Shown here: in pieces, positions 1-8,996 of the stretch
Numbering within the stretch: the stretch's first letter is position 1
Layout: each line of letters opens with the position of its first letter
From: a virus
Lineage: Duplodnaviria; Caudoviricetes
DNA: 33,494 bases
Strand: one strand, 5' to 3'
IMG/VR virus record: IMGVR_UViG_3300038393_001280
Span: 1 to 33,494 of that record
Notes under the pieces: generated by a model
What the model saw: only the letters and a program-made list of their open reading frames with translations
Databases searched by the model: none
What the model was told of the DNA's origin: nothing
Position numbers and translations under genes: made by a program

Positions 1-548
1 CCTTCGACATCTGGCTGCAGTCCGCGCCGGGGCAGGACTTGGGCTTTGCAGCCTCGTCCATCACGCACGAGATCATGATCCCGCTGACGAACTGGGGCGG
101 CTACGGCTCGCACCCGAGCGGGCGCAATCCCAATTGGTACGACCACTCGCAGACCATCGCAGGCAAGCTGTACCACATCTACATCACCAAGAACTCGGGC
201 CGCAATCCGGTCACGGGCAACTGGGACTTTGCCGGCTCGGGTCCGGGCGGCGTCTACCCGGGCCTGCAATACAACTTCGGCGACCTCTCTGGCAACTACA
301 CGAACGTAGAAACCGGCCAGCCCCGCCGCGGCTGGAAGATGATCGCCTTCGTTCCGGACGCCTTCCCCGTCGCGCCGGGCGAGATCGACCTGGCCGCCAT
401 CATCAATTACGTCTCCACGCGCTACGACCAGCGCGGCGTGGCCTGGGGCCTGGGCAATGAGTACCTCGCCTCCGTGGAGCTCGGCGTGGAGCCGGTCAGC
501 GGTGAGGGCGATCTGACCGTGTTCGATTACCGGGTCTGGCGCCCGTGA
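1..548 (+). CDS. 5'-truncated virion-region protein with C-terminal glycoside hydrolase family 12-like domain
   Basis: Frame open from base 3: FDIWL...HEIMIP...W.MIAFV...IDLAAII...YLASVELGVEP, matching the order of GH12 motifs (YDIW, EIMIW, YLxSVxxGxE). Confidence 0.75.
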   Translation, partial: FDIWLQSAPGQDLGFAASSITHEIMIPLTNWGGYGSHPSGRNPNWYDHSQTIAGKLYHIYITKNSGRNPVTGNWDFAGSGPGGVYPGLQYNFGDLSGNYTNVETGQPRRGWKMIAFVPDAFPVAPGEIDLAAIINYVSTRYDQRGVAWGLGNEYLASVELGVEPVSGEGDLTVFDYRVWRP

Positions 549-565
549 CAAGCAAGGATTGAAGA

Positions 566-1336
566 ATGGCATACATCGGACCACAAGACCGCGTACTTGA
601 GACCACGACCAGCACCGGAACAGGGGAGATTGCACTGGCGGCCGCCATCACGGGTTTTCGCCGATTCAACGCCGTCTGCGCGGTGGGCGACACGCTGTCG
701 TACTTCATCGAGGCGATCGACTCGGTGGGCCTGCCCACGGGCGACTATGAGTACGGCATCGGCACCTACTCGGCGGCCAACACGCTGACGCGAACCACCG
801 TGCTCGGCTCGTCCAACGGCGGGGCGGCAGTGAACTTTGCGGCCGGCAGCAAGAACGTGGGTATCACCCTGCAAAGGTATGACCTCGTGAACTGGGGCGC
901 CCAGATCGCGCCGGCAGGCACGGTGTTGCAGGAGGTGGTCCTGACCGATGCCGGCGCCAGCACCACGAGCAACGTGCTCACGAACGTCACGGCCTCGACC
1001 AAGAACATCACGCCGAAGAGCGCCAACAGCACGATAGTGATTGATGTGGCGTTCAACGGGCTTGTGCTGGCGGCGGGTGCTGGCCTGAACTCCACTGGCG
1101 GGTTCCGGCTTTTCAACAGCACGGCTGCCGCAGACATCGGTATCGAGCAGACGCTTGGGACGGTTTCGGCGGGCGGGGCGAACCTGCAGTCTCAGGCGCC
1201 ATGTGTGATCCGCGCGACGCTTGCCAATGCCGCGCTGACAACCATCGGCTTCTTGCTGCGCGCACGCTATTCGACTGCCTCGGCGCAGGTAGCCGCGAAC
1301 AGCCAAGTCTGGACGATCCGCGAGATCAAGGCGTGA
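566..1336 (+). CDS. Tail fibre-type structural protein (N-terminal DRVxETTTxTGTG domain plus C-terminal beta-rich domain)
   Basis: DRVLETTTSTGTGEIALAAA...EYGIGTY...LTRTTVLGSSN...VNFAAGSKNV is a widespread phage tail-associated domain; Thr/Ala/Ser/Gly-rich. Confidence 0.7.
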   Translation: MAYIGPQDRVLETTTSTGTGEIALAAAITGFRRFNAVCAVGDTLSYFIEAIDSVGLPTGDYEYGIGTYSAANTLTRTTVLGSSNGGAAVNFAAGSKNVGITLQRYDLVNWGAQIAPAGTVLQEVVLTDAGASTTSNVLTNVTASTKNITPKSANSTIVIDVAFNGLVLAAGAGLNSTGGFRLFNSTAAADIGIEQTLGTVSAGGANLQSQAPCVIRATLANAALTTIGFLLRARYSTASAQVAANSQVWTIREIKA

Positions 1337-1340
1337 CGCG

Positions 1341-2366
1341 ATGCCCTCGTTGACTCTAGATCGCTTCGACGGCGGCCTGCTGCTGGCGCGGCCCTCCACC
1401 GTCTCGCCGGCCAACAGCCTCTCGTCCATGCGCAACATGGACGTCCAGCCCGGCGGCTGGCTGCGCTCGCGCGCCAAGGTCAAGAAAACCGCCAGCGCCG
1501 TGCAGATCGGCCCGCAGTGGAAGGGCCTGGAGGCCAACGGCGGCTACCTTTGGGTGTTCTCCTGCTGGAATGTCTCGAGCACGGGTCTTATCAGCGACAT
1601 CATCAACCCGGACACGGGCGACAAGGTGCTGTATGCCTTCCGTTCCACCGGAACAGGGGGCGATTTCAGTCAAGCGTCGCGCTGCCGGCTGATTGGCCTG
1701 ACGCGCTGGAAGGAGGGCTTCCTGGCCATCCAGGCGGACGGCTCGGGCAACACTTTTGCCACCCTGTTCGGGATCGTGAGCGGTGCAGCCAGTGCGGCGT
1801 CGATTGCGGACGCCAACTGCCCCAAGAGTGGGGCGATGGTGACGATTCAGAACCGCGTGTATGCGATCTCCGATGACGGCCAGACGGTCAAGTTCTGCAA
1901 GGTGGGTGATCCCACCGACTGGACAACGGCTGGCAATGCGGGATTCTTGCCCATCTCTCAGCACTTCGGCGGCAGCCAGCGCGCCTACGGCCTCGGGCAG
2001 TACCAAGGCAAGTTGTCGGTCTACGGCGATCAGTCCGTGCAGCTGTGGAACGTTGACCCGGATCCGACCGCGATGGCGCTGGACCGCGTGATCTCTGGCG
2101 TGGGAACGCGCCACCATCGCAGCATCGTGTCCCTCAACGGGGACGAGCTGTTCCAGTCCGAGACCGGCGTCCGCTCGCTCACGACGCCGAACAATGCCCT
2201 GTTCCCGACCGATGTGGACGTGGGCCTACCGGTGCGCGCGATCACCAAGAGCCCAGTGCAGACGACCCGCTTTGCCCTTGGGGCGCTGGAGCCGGCTGTG
2301 CTGGCGATGGCCGCCACGCCGCTGTCGCAATACTGGATCGCCGCACCCGGCGCATGGAGCCACTGA
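1341..2366 (+). CDS. Tail tubular/nozzle (P22 gp10 / T7 gp12-like) protein, N-terminal part
   Basis: F-x-GG-L N-terminus, beta-propeller-like segments (NRVYA, FCKVGDPTDW, GKLSVY), position upstream of the GNAT-like and ejection genes. Confidence 0.65.
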   Translation: MPSLTLDRFDGGLLLARPSTVSPANSLSSMRNMDVQPGGWLRSRAKVKKTASAVQIGPQWKGLEANGGYLWVFSCWNVSSTGLISDIINPDTGDKVLYAFRSTGTGGDFSQASRCRLIGLTRWKEGFLAIQADGSGNTFATLFGIVSGAASAASIADANCPKSGAMVTIQNRVYAISDDGQTVKFCKVGDPTDWTTAGNAGFLPISQHFGGSQRAYGLGQYQGKLSVYGDQSVQLWNVDPDPTAMALDRVISGVGTRHHRSIVSLNGDELFQSETGVRSLTTPNNALFPTDVDVGLPVRAITKSPVQTTRFALGALEPAVLAMAATPLSQYWIAAPGAWSH

Positions 2367-2367
2367 G

Positions 2368-2964
2368 ATGCTGGGAACCGGCCTGCTCGCTACCCGCCCG
2401 CTCGCATCCTCGCCGCGGCTGCCGCGCCCGTTCCGCCCGGCCAGCGTCGCGGGCGAATTCGGCTGGGCCGCTTGGTCTTTCAGTCGGCAGGCCAAGCTCA
2501 ATGCCTGGGGCTGGCACGGCCTGGGAGGCGGCGACCTGTACGCCATGGCCACGCTCGGCAATGTCGTCTACGTGCGCAAGAGCGAGGACGGCTACATGCA
2601 CGCGCTCAACCCGGATGTCTTCTACGCAGACGGAGAGGTCTCGACCGAAAGCCAGAGCGTGGAGGCCATGACGCAGTGGCTGGATTTCGGTCAGCCGGGA
2701 AAGGGCAAGGCGCTGACTGGGATTGATTTCGATGGCGTCGGAATCGACACGATCGAGGTCTACATCGCCGAGGCCGGCAACCGCGACGGCGTGTTGGCCG
2801 AGTCGATCCCGATCGGAAGCAACGACGGCGGCTGGACCTACAACGGCGAGGTGGTCCCGCTGGAGGTGGCCGCGACCGAGTTCAAGCTGCGATTCATCGG
2901 GCGCGCCGACATCGAGGCCACGGTGAATCGTCTGACGCTTTATTGGGAGCCGATCGCATCGTGA
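2368..2964 (+). CDS. Tail tubular/nozzle protein, C-terminal part (separately translated)
   Basis: GGAG at 2356-2359 and ATG at 2368, one base after the upstream stop; contains AWSFSRQAKLNAWGW and TQWLDFGQPG.K, typical of the C-terminal half of this family. Confidence 0.65.
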   Translation: MLGTGLLATRPLASSPRLPRPFRPASVAGEFGWAAWSFSRQAKLNAWGWHGLGGGDLYAMATLGNVVYVRKSEDGYMHALNPDVFYADGEVSTESQSVEAMTQWLDFGQPGKGKALTGIDFDGVGIDTIEVYIAEAGNRDGVLAESIPIGSNDGGWTYNGEVVPLEVAATEFKLRFIGRADIEATVNRLTLYWEPIAS

Positions 2965-3374
2965 CCCCGCTGTTCCTAACCTCGCAAAGGCTGCTGTCGC
3001 AGCACTGGCCTGCGGCGGCAAGGCTGCTCGAGCCGGTGCTGGGCGCGGCGCGGGGGGAGTTCACGCTGGACGATCTCGAGGAGCTGTGCCGGGATGGCCA
3101 GGCCGTGGCCGGCGTGCTGTACGAGGGCGAGAGACCGGTGATGGCGATGGTCTTCGAGTTCCGCTACTACCCGCGGCGCACGGTGTTGAACGTCATCGCG
3201 TTGGCGGGCAGCAACCTCGCCCAGGTGGCCGGCACTTTCTGGCCCAGTTTTGTTGCGTGGGCGAAAGAATCGGGAGCAACCGAGATCGAGGCCAGTTGCG
3301 CCCCGGCGATGACGCGCATGCTGCGCCCCCTGGGGTTCTCGCACACCTACGACACGGTGAGGATGCCATGCTGA
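2961..3374 (+). CDS. GNAT-fold virion assembly protein (P22 gp14 / T7 gp13-like)
   Basis: GTGA overlap with the upstream stop; YPRRTVLNVIALAG...WAKESGATEIE...RMLRPLGF pattern; conserved position before ejection genes. Confidence 0.7.
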   Translation: MTPLFLTSQRLLSQHWPAAARLLEPVLGAARGEFTLDDLEELCRDGQAVAGVLYEGERPVMAMVFEFRYYPRRTVLNVIALAGSNLAQVAGTFWPSFVAWAKESGATEIEASCAPAMTRMLRPLGFSHTYDTVRMPC

Positions 3375-4264
3375 TCTACCCGCGCCACGACCCGCGATTC
3401 CAAGACAAGCGCCTGTACAAGGGTGGGGACGGCGGCGCCGGTCAGATGCGCGCCGACGAACAGGCGCGCCAGGACAAGGTGCAGGCCGCAGTTGATGCGA
3501 TCAACGCCAAGTTCGGCATCGGCTCCGGCGGCACGGGCGCGACGGCGATGCCCACGCGCGAGCAGTTCACCAAGAAGGGCGCCTCCAGCATGTGGGTGCC
3601 CGGCGCGGGGCAGGGCGAAGACTCCAACCAGGGCGGCTATTACGGCAACCCCGGCCAAGACGTGTTCGATGAGGCCGGCTACAACAAGGCCCTCGAAGCT
3701 GCCAAGGCCCAGGTGCAGGATGTCAGCGCCGCCAAGGATGCACGCGAGAAGCAGTACGCCGACATCTCCGCAGCCGTGCGCGACACGGCCCTGCGCGATC
3801 TGGACCGGCAGTACTCCAAGGCGAGCAATCAGAACCTGTTCGGGCTCGCGCGCTCGGGTCTGCTGGGCGGCTCGGTGGATGCCGAGTCCGGCGGCGAGCT
3901 GTCCACGCTGTATGGCGAGGGCCGACTGAAAGCCGAGCAGCAGGGCGTGGGCGCCGCGGCGGATCTGCGGGCGAGCGACGAGAAAACGCGCTCCAACTTG
4001 ATCTCTCTGGCGCAGTCTGGGCTGGACACCGGCACCGCGGCGTCGATGGCGGCCGGTCAGATGGCGGCGGCAGCCGACGCGGCCAAGGCCAACGCCAACG
4101 CGGCCACGGTCGGCGACACCTTCGGCAACCTCTCGCAGGCGTATTTGACAAACAAGGTCTTGCAGGCCCGCTACCCGAATGGTCTGCCGCAAAGCGGCTC
4201 GGGCGGGTACTTCACCAACGTGTTCAACCCGGGCGCCGGCAACAGCGGCCGCATTTCCAAGTAG
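3368..4264 (+). CDS. DNA ejection/internal virion protein (P22 gp7-like)
   Basis: ATG 3368 preceded by GAGG; short leader then LYKGGDGG; Ala/Gly/Gln-rich; LARSGLLGGS motif. Confidence 0.65.
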   Translation: MLIYPRHDPRFQDKRLYKGGDGGAGQMRADEQARQDKVQAAVDAINAKFGIGSGGTGATAMPTREQFTKKGASSMWVPGAGQGEDSNQGGYYGNPGQDVFDEAGYNKALEAAKAQVQDVSAAKDAREKQYADISAAVRDTALRDLDRQYSKASNQNLFGLARSGLLGGSVDAESGGELSTLYGEGRLKAEQQGVGAAADLRASDEKTRSNLISLAQSGLDTGTAASMAAGQMAAAADAAKANANAATVGDTFGNLSQAYLTNKVLQARYPNGLPQSGSGGYFTNVFNPGAGNSGRISK

Positions 4265-4272
4265 GAGCAGCC

Positions 4273-5022
4273 GTGGATCCGTTGACGTTGGCGATCATCA
4301 CGACCCTTGCGGGCTCTGGCCTGCAGATGTACTCGCAGAACCAGGCGGCCAAGCGCCAGCAGCAGGCGGCACTGGAGTCGCAGCAGCGCCAACTCGCCGC
4401 GCGCAACCAGACGACGGACATGGCCGCCAAGGCGGCCAACGAGTTCGACCCGGCGACCCGGGAGCAGAACGCGCAGGACGCGACGCAGCAGCTCACGCAG
4501 CAGTACGAGAGGGCCGCGCAGCAGCCCGGCGTGACGGCGCAGGGCCTGCAGATCGGCGCCACCGTGCCGGATGGCTCCGCAGGTGCCGATTACACGACGG
4601 CTCGCGCTCGTGAGGCAGTCAAGACGACCCAGAGCCTGCGCGCCCTTGCGGGCCTCATGGGGCGCATCGGCGGCGCGAGCAAGCTGCGCCAGGACGAAGC
4701 AGTCAAGCTGGGCGATACCGCCGGCAACATTGAACGGGTCCAGCGCGGCGCCGAGAACGTCTCGGGCATCGACCAAATCGGCATCCAGGCCGCCGGGCAA
4801 CAGAACCCCTGGACGCAGATTGCTGGAGCTGGCCTGCAGGCCTATGGCCTGAGCGGGCTGGCAACGGCCGGCCTCGAGAAAGCGGCGAATCCCGCTTTTG
4901 CGCTTGCCCCGGAGCAGGGCGGAACGGGGTTGAGCCTGTCCAAAGCCGGGACAGGTCTGAACTTTGGTAGCGGTGGCCTGGGCCTCAAGCAGGTTCCCTG
5001 GATGACCGCAGCCGCGCGCTAA
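4273..5022 (+). CDS. Internal virion/ejection protein
   Basis: AGGAG RBS, MDPLT hydrophobic N-terminus, Gln/Ala-rich helical body, glycine-rich C-terminus. Confidence 0.65.
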   Translation: MDPLTLAIITTLAGSGLQMYSQNQAAKRQQQAALESQQRQLAARNQTTDMAAKAANEFDPATREQNAQDATQQLTQQYERAAQQPGVTAQGLQIGATVPDGSAGADYTTARAREAVKTTQSLRALAGLMGRIGGASKLRQDEAVKLGDTAGNIERVQRGAENVSGIDQIGIQAAGQQNPWTQIAGAGLQAYGLSGLATAGLEKAANPAFALAPEQGGTGLSLSKAGTGLNFGSGGLGLKQVPWMTAAAR

Positions 5023-5032
5023 GGAGAACAGA

Positions 5033-6520
5033 ATGCGGTTTCGACTTGGGACCGGCGTGACGGCCGGCGGCGGCGAAGGCGGAGGACTGGCGGGCGGCAT
5101 CAGCCGCGCCATCAGCGGATTTGCGATGCTGCCTGTCATGCAGGCGCAGGCTGCCGAGCAAGGGGAGCAGGCCGCGGCCAAGAGCGCATTGATGGCGTCC
5201 CAGCAGAAGCTGGCGGATGCCCACGCGGCACTGTTCGGCGCGCAAGCGGATGGCGAGCGCCAGCAGCAAGCTCGCGGCACCACCGATGCGCTCCTGGATA
5301 GCGCCGCCTTGCAGAATGGCGTGCCGCTTCATCTGCTGGGCGAGTACGCGACCTACGCCAAGACCGGCCAGCTTCCCGGCCAGTACGTGCAGCCGCCGGA
5401 AGATCTGGGCGGCGGTCCGGCGCTGCCCGCGCCTGGCTATGCCGATCCGGGCCTCAGCCGGCGGATCTCCCAGACCCTCGGGCTGACGCAAAACGCGCTG
5501 GCCATGGGCGATAAGGACGTCGCCCACGTAGCGGATGCGGCTGGCAAGTACCAGAAGCAGGGCGCGATCGACGCCATGGCCGCACATCCTGGCCTGGTTG
5601 CAGCCTACGGGCCCGCCTTTGCCGCCAGCGAAGGCAAGAAGGTCATCGACAACATCGGCGAAAGCGGCGCCGGGTACAACGTCTTCACGGGTCAGGGGCA
5701 GACGCTGGACCCGGGCATGTACGCGCTGTTTGGCGACAAGGGTAAGGCCGAGATCCGCCAGAAGAATGCTGCGGCCGGGGCGAGCAATGCGTCTGCCGCC
5801 AAGTACCGCGCCGAGACGGAGCAGATCGTCAACGGTCCCAAGGGTGTTCTCGTGCAGACCGAGGCGGGTCCCGTTTTCGCGGATCCGCGCTCCGGTCGGA
5901 GCGTGCCGGTTCTCAACGCAGACGGCACTCCGGCACTGCCGGCCAAGAAGGATAAGGCACTGCCTGCAAGTGCCGCGAAGGGCTTGCTAGAGAACCAGGA
6001 CACGCTGCGCCGGGCGGAGACCGCGCTGGCCCTGGCGGAAGGCAAAACGGTTGGCGGGATCCAAGGCGACGCGGAGGCTACGGGCCTGAAAGGCTACTTG
6101 CCCAATGGGCTGCTCAACCGAACGGATGCCGGAGGCGTCGATACCCGCGCTGCGCTGGCTGATCTGAGCTCCATGCTGGTTCACGATCGAAGCGGCGCGG
6201 CCGTGTCGGCGTCTGAGTTCCCCCGCCTGCGCCCGTTCGTGCCGCTTGCAACGGACGATCCGGAGACCGTGCGCAAGAAGCTGGCGATGTTCGTCAACAA
6301 CTACCGCGCGATCGTGGATGACCAAGTGGACTTCTACAAGCAGTCCGGCTATGGGGTGCCGAACGAGACGCTTCGCAAGGCAGACGTGAAGCCCGCCGCT
6401 GGCGCTTCTGGGAAGCAGCCCTTCCAGCTCAGCGCCAAGGATGCGGAGCTCCAATACAACAACCTGCCCAGCGGCGCGGAGTTCATCGCGCCGGACGGCT
6501 CTCGCCGGAGGAAGCCGTAA
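5033..6520 (+). CDS. Ejection protein (gp20-like position)
   Basis: AAGGAG RBS; 495 aa Ala/Gly-rich; SGAAVSASEF and C-terminal FIAPDG motifs common in podophage ejection proteins. Confidence 0.65.
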   Translation: MRFRLGTGVTAGGGEGGGLAGGISRAISGFAMLPVMQAQAAEQGEQAAAKSALMASQQKLADAHAALFGAQADGERQQQARGTTDALLDSAALQNGVPLHLLGEYATYAKTGQLPGQYVQPPEDLGGGPALPAPGYADPGLSRRISQTLGLTQNALAMGDKDVAHVADAAGKYQKQGAIDAMAAHPGLVAAYGPAFAASEGKKVIDNIGESGAGYNVFTGQGQTLDPGMYALFGDKGKAEIRQKNAAAGASNASAAKYRAETEQIVNGPKGVLVQTEAGPVFADPRSGRSVPVLNADGTPALPAKKDKALPASAAKGLLENQDTLRRAETALALAEGKTVGGIQGDAEATGLKGYLPNGLLNRTDAGGVDTRAALADLSSMLVHDRSGAAVSASEFPRLRPFVPLATDDPETVRKKLAMFVNNYRAIVDDQVDFYKQSGYGVPNETLRKADVKPAAGASGKQPFQLSAKDAELQYNNLPSGAEFIAPDGSRRRKP

Positions 6521-8457
6521 TGGGCTGGCAAGACGCTCCGCTCGTTGAGGTCAAGGCGCCTAACTGGCAGGCCGCTCCGCTTGTCGAGGACAAGAAGGGC
6601 GGCTTCCTGCAGCAGGTCGGGAACACGGTCGGCGGGCTCGTTCGCGGCGCCGGCTCGATCGGCGCAACGATCCTCGATTCGGCCCGCGGACTCGGTGCTG
6701 CGGCGACCAATGCGACGCCAGTGCAGATGCGGCCGGATGTGACCACGGGCCTGCAGGAGCTGCCGCGCGGGGATGAAATGAGGTCGGGCATGGATGCCGG
6801 CCTGCAGGAACTCGGCGCCGATCCCGGCTCCCTTGCCTACAAAGGGGGCAAACTGACTGCGGAAGTCGCTGGCACGCTCGGCGTGGGCGGAGCGATGGCA
6901 AAGACGGCGCAGGCGGCTGGCGCGGCGGCACCCGTGGTCGAGGCGCTGGCGTCGGGGGGGCTCAAGGCCGGCGGCGTGACTGGCATTCGCGGCGCGGCTC
7001 TGCGCGCTGGCGCGGGAGCGGCGACCGGTGGTGCGACCGGCGCCCTTATTGACCCGAAGCACAGTGGAGGCGCCGCCGTGGCCGGCGCGGTAACGCCCGG
7101 CGCACTGCAGGCGCTCGGCAAGGTCGGCTCTGTTGCTGGCCAAGGCTACCGGGCAGCCAAGGCTGCGGTTGAACCCTTCACAGAAGCTGGGCGCGGCGCG
7201 ATCGCCTCGCGCGTCCTGGCGAATGCTGCCGGCGATGAGGCGCCTGCGGTGATCTCGCGCCTGGAACAGGCGGCCGAGCTGGTGCCTGGCTCCGCCCCCA
7301 CTGCGGCCCAGGTGGCGGAGAACGGTGGCGTGGCGGCGCTTGAGCGGGCGGTGGCGGCGCAGAATCCAGCGCCGTTCACCGAGCGCGCGATGGAGCAGGC
7401 TGCAGCGCGCACCCAGGCGCTGCGTGACATCGCCGGCACCGATGCCACCCGGCAGGCCGCAGTGGATGCGCGCGAAGCAGCAACGGGCGACCTGTACCGG
7501 CAAGCCACAGGCGCGACGTACACCATGGACGAGCGGTTTCAGCGGCTGCTGCAGGCCCCCGCGATGCAGCAGGCACTAGCCCGTGCGAAGGCGCTGGCCG
7601 AGAACAATGAGCGCGCGTTCACGTTCGAGGTGAGCCCGCCCGACACGTTCCTTGGGCTGGGGAACAGCCGTGTCGCTGCCAGCAAGCAGATCACCGGTCA
7701 GGGCCTGATGGATTTGAAGATGGCCATGGACGACATGTTGCGCGATCCCGCGAGCGGCTACGCGGGCGCTGCTGGCAACGCGCTGAGGTCTCTGCGAGGC
7801 AAGCTGGTCAACTGGATGGAGGACAGCAATCCTGCGTTCAAGGAAGCCCGCACGCTGTACGCCGAGAAGTCCAAGCCGATCGGCCAGATGGACATTGGAA
7901 CGAAGCTGCTGGAGAAGCTGGAGCCGGCCCTGAGCGACTACGGCGCGCTCGGGCGCGAGACTGCGGGGCGCTACACCCAGGCGCTGCGCAATGCGGACCA
8001 GACAGCACGCACGGCGACCGGCTTCAAGGGTGCGAGCATGGCCGAGACCATGACGCCGGACCAGATGGCAGCACTGGAGGCGATCGGCTTCGACCTGGGC
8101 CGCAAGGCAAACGCGCAAGACCTGGGCCGCGGCGTCGGCTCCGACACCTACCAGAAGCTCATTCGGGGCAACATCGCCGACCAGGCGGGGCACAGCCGCG
8201 CGATGGACATCCTGTTCGATCTGCCGCTGCTGCGCAAGATCCCGCAGGCGATCTATGAGGCGCCGGAGCAGAAGATCCGCGACGACGTGGCCCGGGCGCT
8301 ACTGCAGCCGAAGTCGGCGGCTCAGATGATGAAAGACGAGATTGCCCGCAAGGCGGTCAAGGCGCAAACGAGCCAGCCGCTGCTCAGCCCCGAGGCTCGC
8401 GCGGCCCTGGAGCTTCTTTTCGTGCGGTCCAGTCCTGCTGCAGTGTCCGGCCAGTGA
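6520..8457 (+). CDS. Large ejection protein (gp16-like position)
   Basis: TAATG coupling; 645 aa; glycine-zipper segments (GAGAATGGATGAL); GSDT motif; last gene of the ejection cluster. Confidence 0.7.
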   Translation: MGWQDAPLVEVKAPNWQAAPLVEDKKGGFLQQVGNTVGGLVRGAGSIGATILDSARGLGAAATNATPVQMRPDVTTGLQELPRGDEMRSGMDAGLQELGADPGSLAYKGGKLTAEVAGTLGVGGAMAKTAQAAGAAAPVVEALASGGLKAGGVTGIRGAALRAGAGAATGGATGALIDPKHSGGAAVAGAVTPGALQALGKVGSVAGQGYRAAKAAVEPFTEAGRGAIASRVLANAAGDEAPAVISRLEQAAELVPGSAPTAAQVAENGGVAALERAVAAQNPAPFTERAMEQAAARTQALRDIAGTDATRQAAVDAREAATGDLYRQATGATYTMDERFQRLLQAPAMQQALARAKALAENNERAFTFEVSPPDTFLGLGNSRVAASKQITGQGLMDLKMAMDDMLRDPASGYAGAAGNALRSLRGKLVNWMEDSNPAFKEARTLYAEKSKPIGQMDIGTKLLEKLEPALSDYGALGRETAGRYTQALRNADQTARTATGFKGASMAETMTPDQMAALEAIGFDLGRKANAQDLGRGVGSDTYQKLIRGNIADQAGHSRAMDILFDLPLLRKIPQAIYEAPEQKIRDDVARALLQPKSAAQMMKDEIARKAVKAQTSQPLLSPEARAALELLFVRSSPAAVSGQ

Positions 8458-8539
8458 TGGCGGCATAGAGGAAGCAGACGACGAACACTAGTCCGCCGAG
8501 GACAAGCAGCTTCCAGAACATGAATTCGGTGATGCTCAC
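8384..8539 (-). CDS. Small single-TM membrane protein, antisense to late genes (possible exclusion moron)
   Basis: (MSITEF)MFWKLLVLGGLVFVVCFLYAAITG hydrophobic helix; TGcTACCAT -10 element 6 nt upstream of GTG 8539; alternative ATG at 8521. Confidence 0.5.
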   Translation of the reverse strand: MSITEFMFWKLLVLGGLVFVVCFLYAAITGRTLQQDWTARKEAPGPREPRG

Positions 8540-8571
8540 GACCGAATGGTAGCAGCCGAGCCGGCGCACGA

Positions 8572-8611
8572 GTGACTTTCCGGCGCTGACGGCTGAGCCC
8601 CTTCGGACACT
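8572..8611 (+). promoter_or_regulatory. Putative late promoter copy 1 (GTGACTTTCCGGCGC-N17-CGGACACT)
   Basis: Exact 15-mer plus identically spaced CGGAC also present at 31470-31509; directly upstream of the lysis cassette. Confidence 0.7.
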
Positions 8612-8619
8612 CTGGGGCC

Positions 8620-8991
8620 ATGACGCCGCCAGCCTCCCACCAAGCTCGAGAAGCGCTGCGCGCCAGTCTCGCCGAGAACCAGCAGCAACACGCCCTCACG
8701 GAGGAGTCGCGGAACCTGCTGGCCGATCTGCTGGAGAACCGGATGCGCGCCGCAGTGGCCGAGGGGATCGCCGAAGCGCTGACCGAGGATGCCGCGCAGA
8801 AGTTCGTGCGCTCCGTCTTGGCCGAGGCCCAGCGCCTGGCGACGGCCAAAGCCGGCGAGGCGGCGGTCGGGGTGGTGGGCGCCCTGGTCAAGCGCGCGGC
8901 GCTGTTCCTGTTCCTGGGCAGCGTTGTCTACATGGTCGGCGGCTGGACCGCGCTGGCGTCACTGGGCAAGTTCCTGTTTGACAAGGGGTGA
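8620..8991 (+). CDS. Holin/antiholin-like membrane protein
   Basis: C-terminal hydrophobic segment (AALFLFLGSVVYMVGGWTALASLG), first gene of the lysis cassette. Confidence 0.55.
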   Translation: MTPPASHQAREALRASLAENQQQHALTEESRNLLADLLENRMRAAVAEGIAEALTEDAAQKFVRSVLAEAQRLATAKAGEAAVGVVGALVKRAALFLFLGSVVYMVGGWTALASLGKFLFDKG

Positions 8992-8996
8992 ACGGC

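Noticed and set aside
2340-2460. Programmed frameshift or pseudogene in the nozzle gene
   Set aside because: No slippery heptamer; a good RBS and ATG follow the stop, favouring two genes (read check still advisable)
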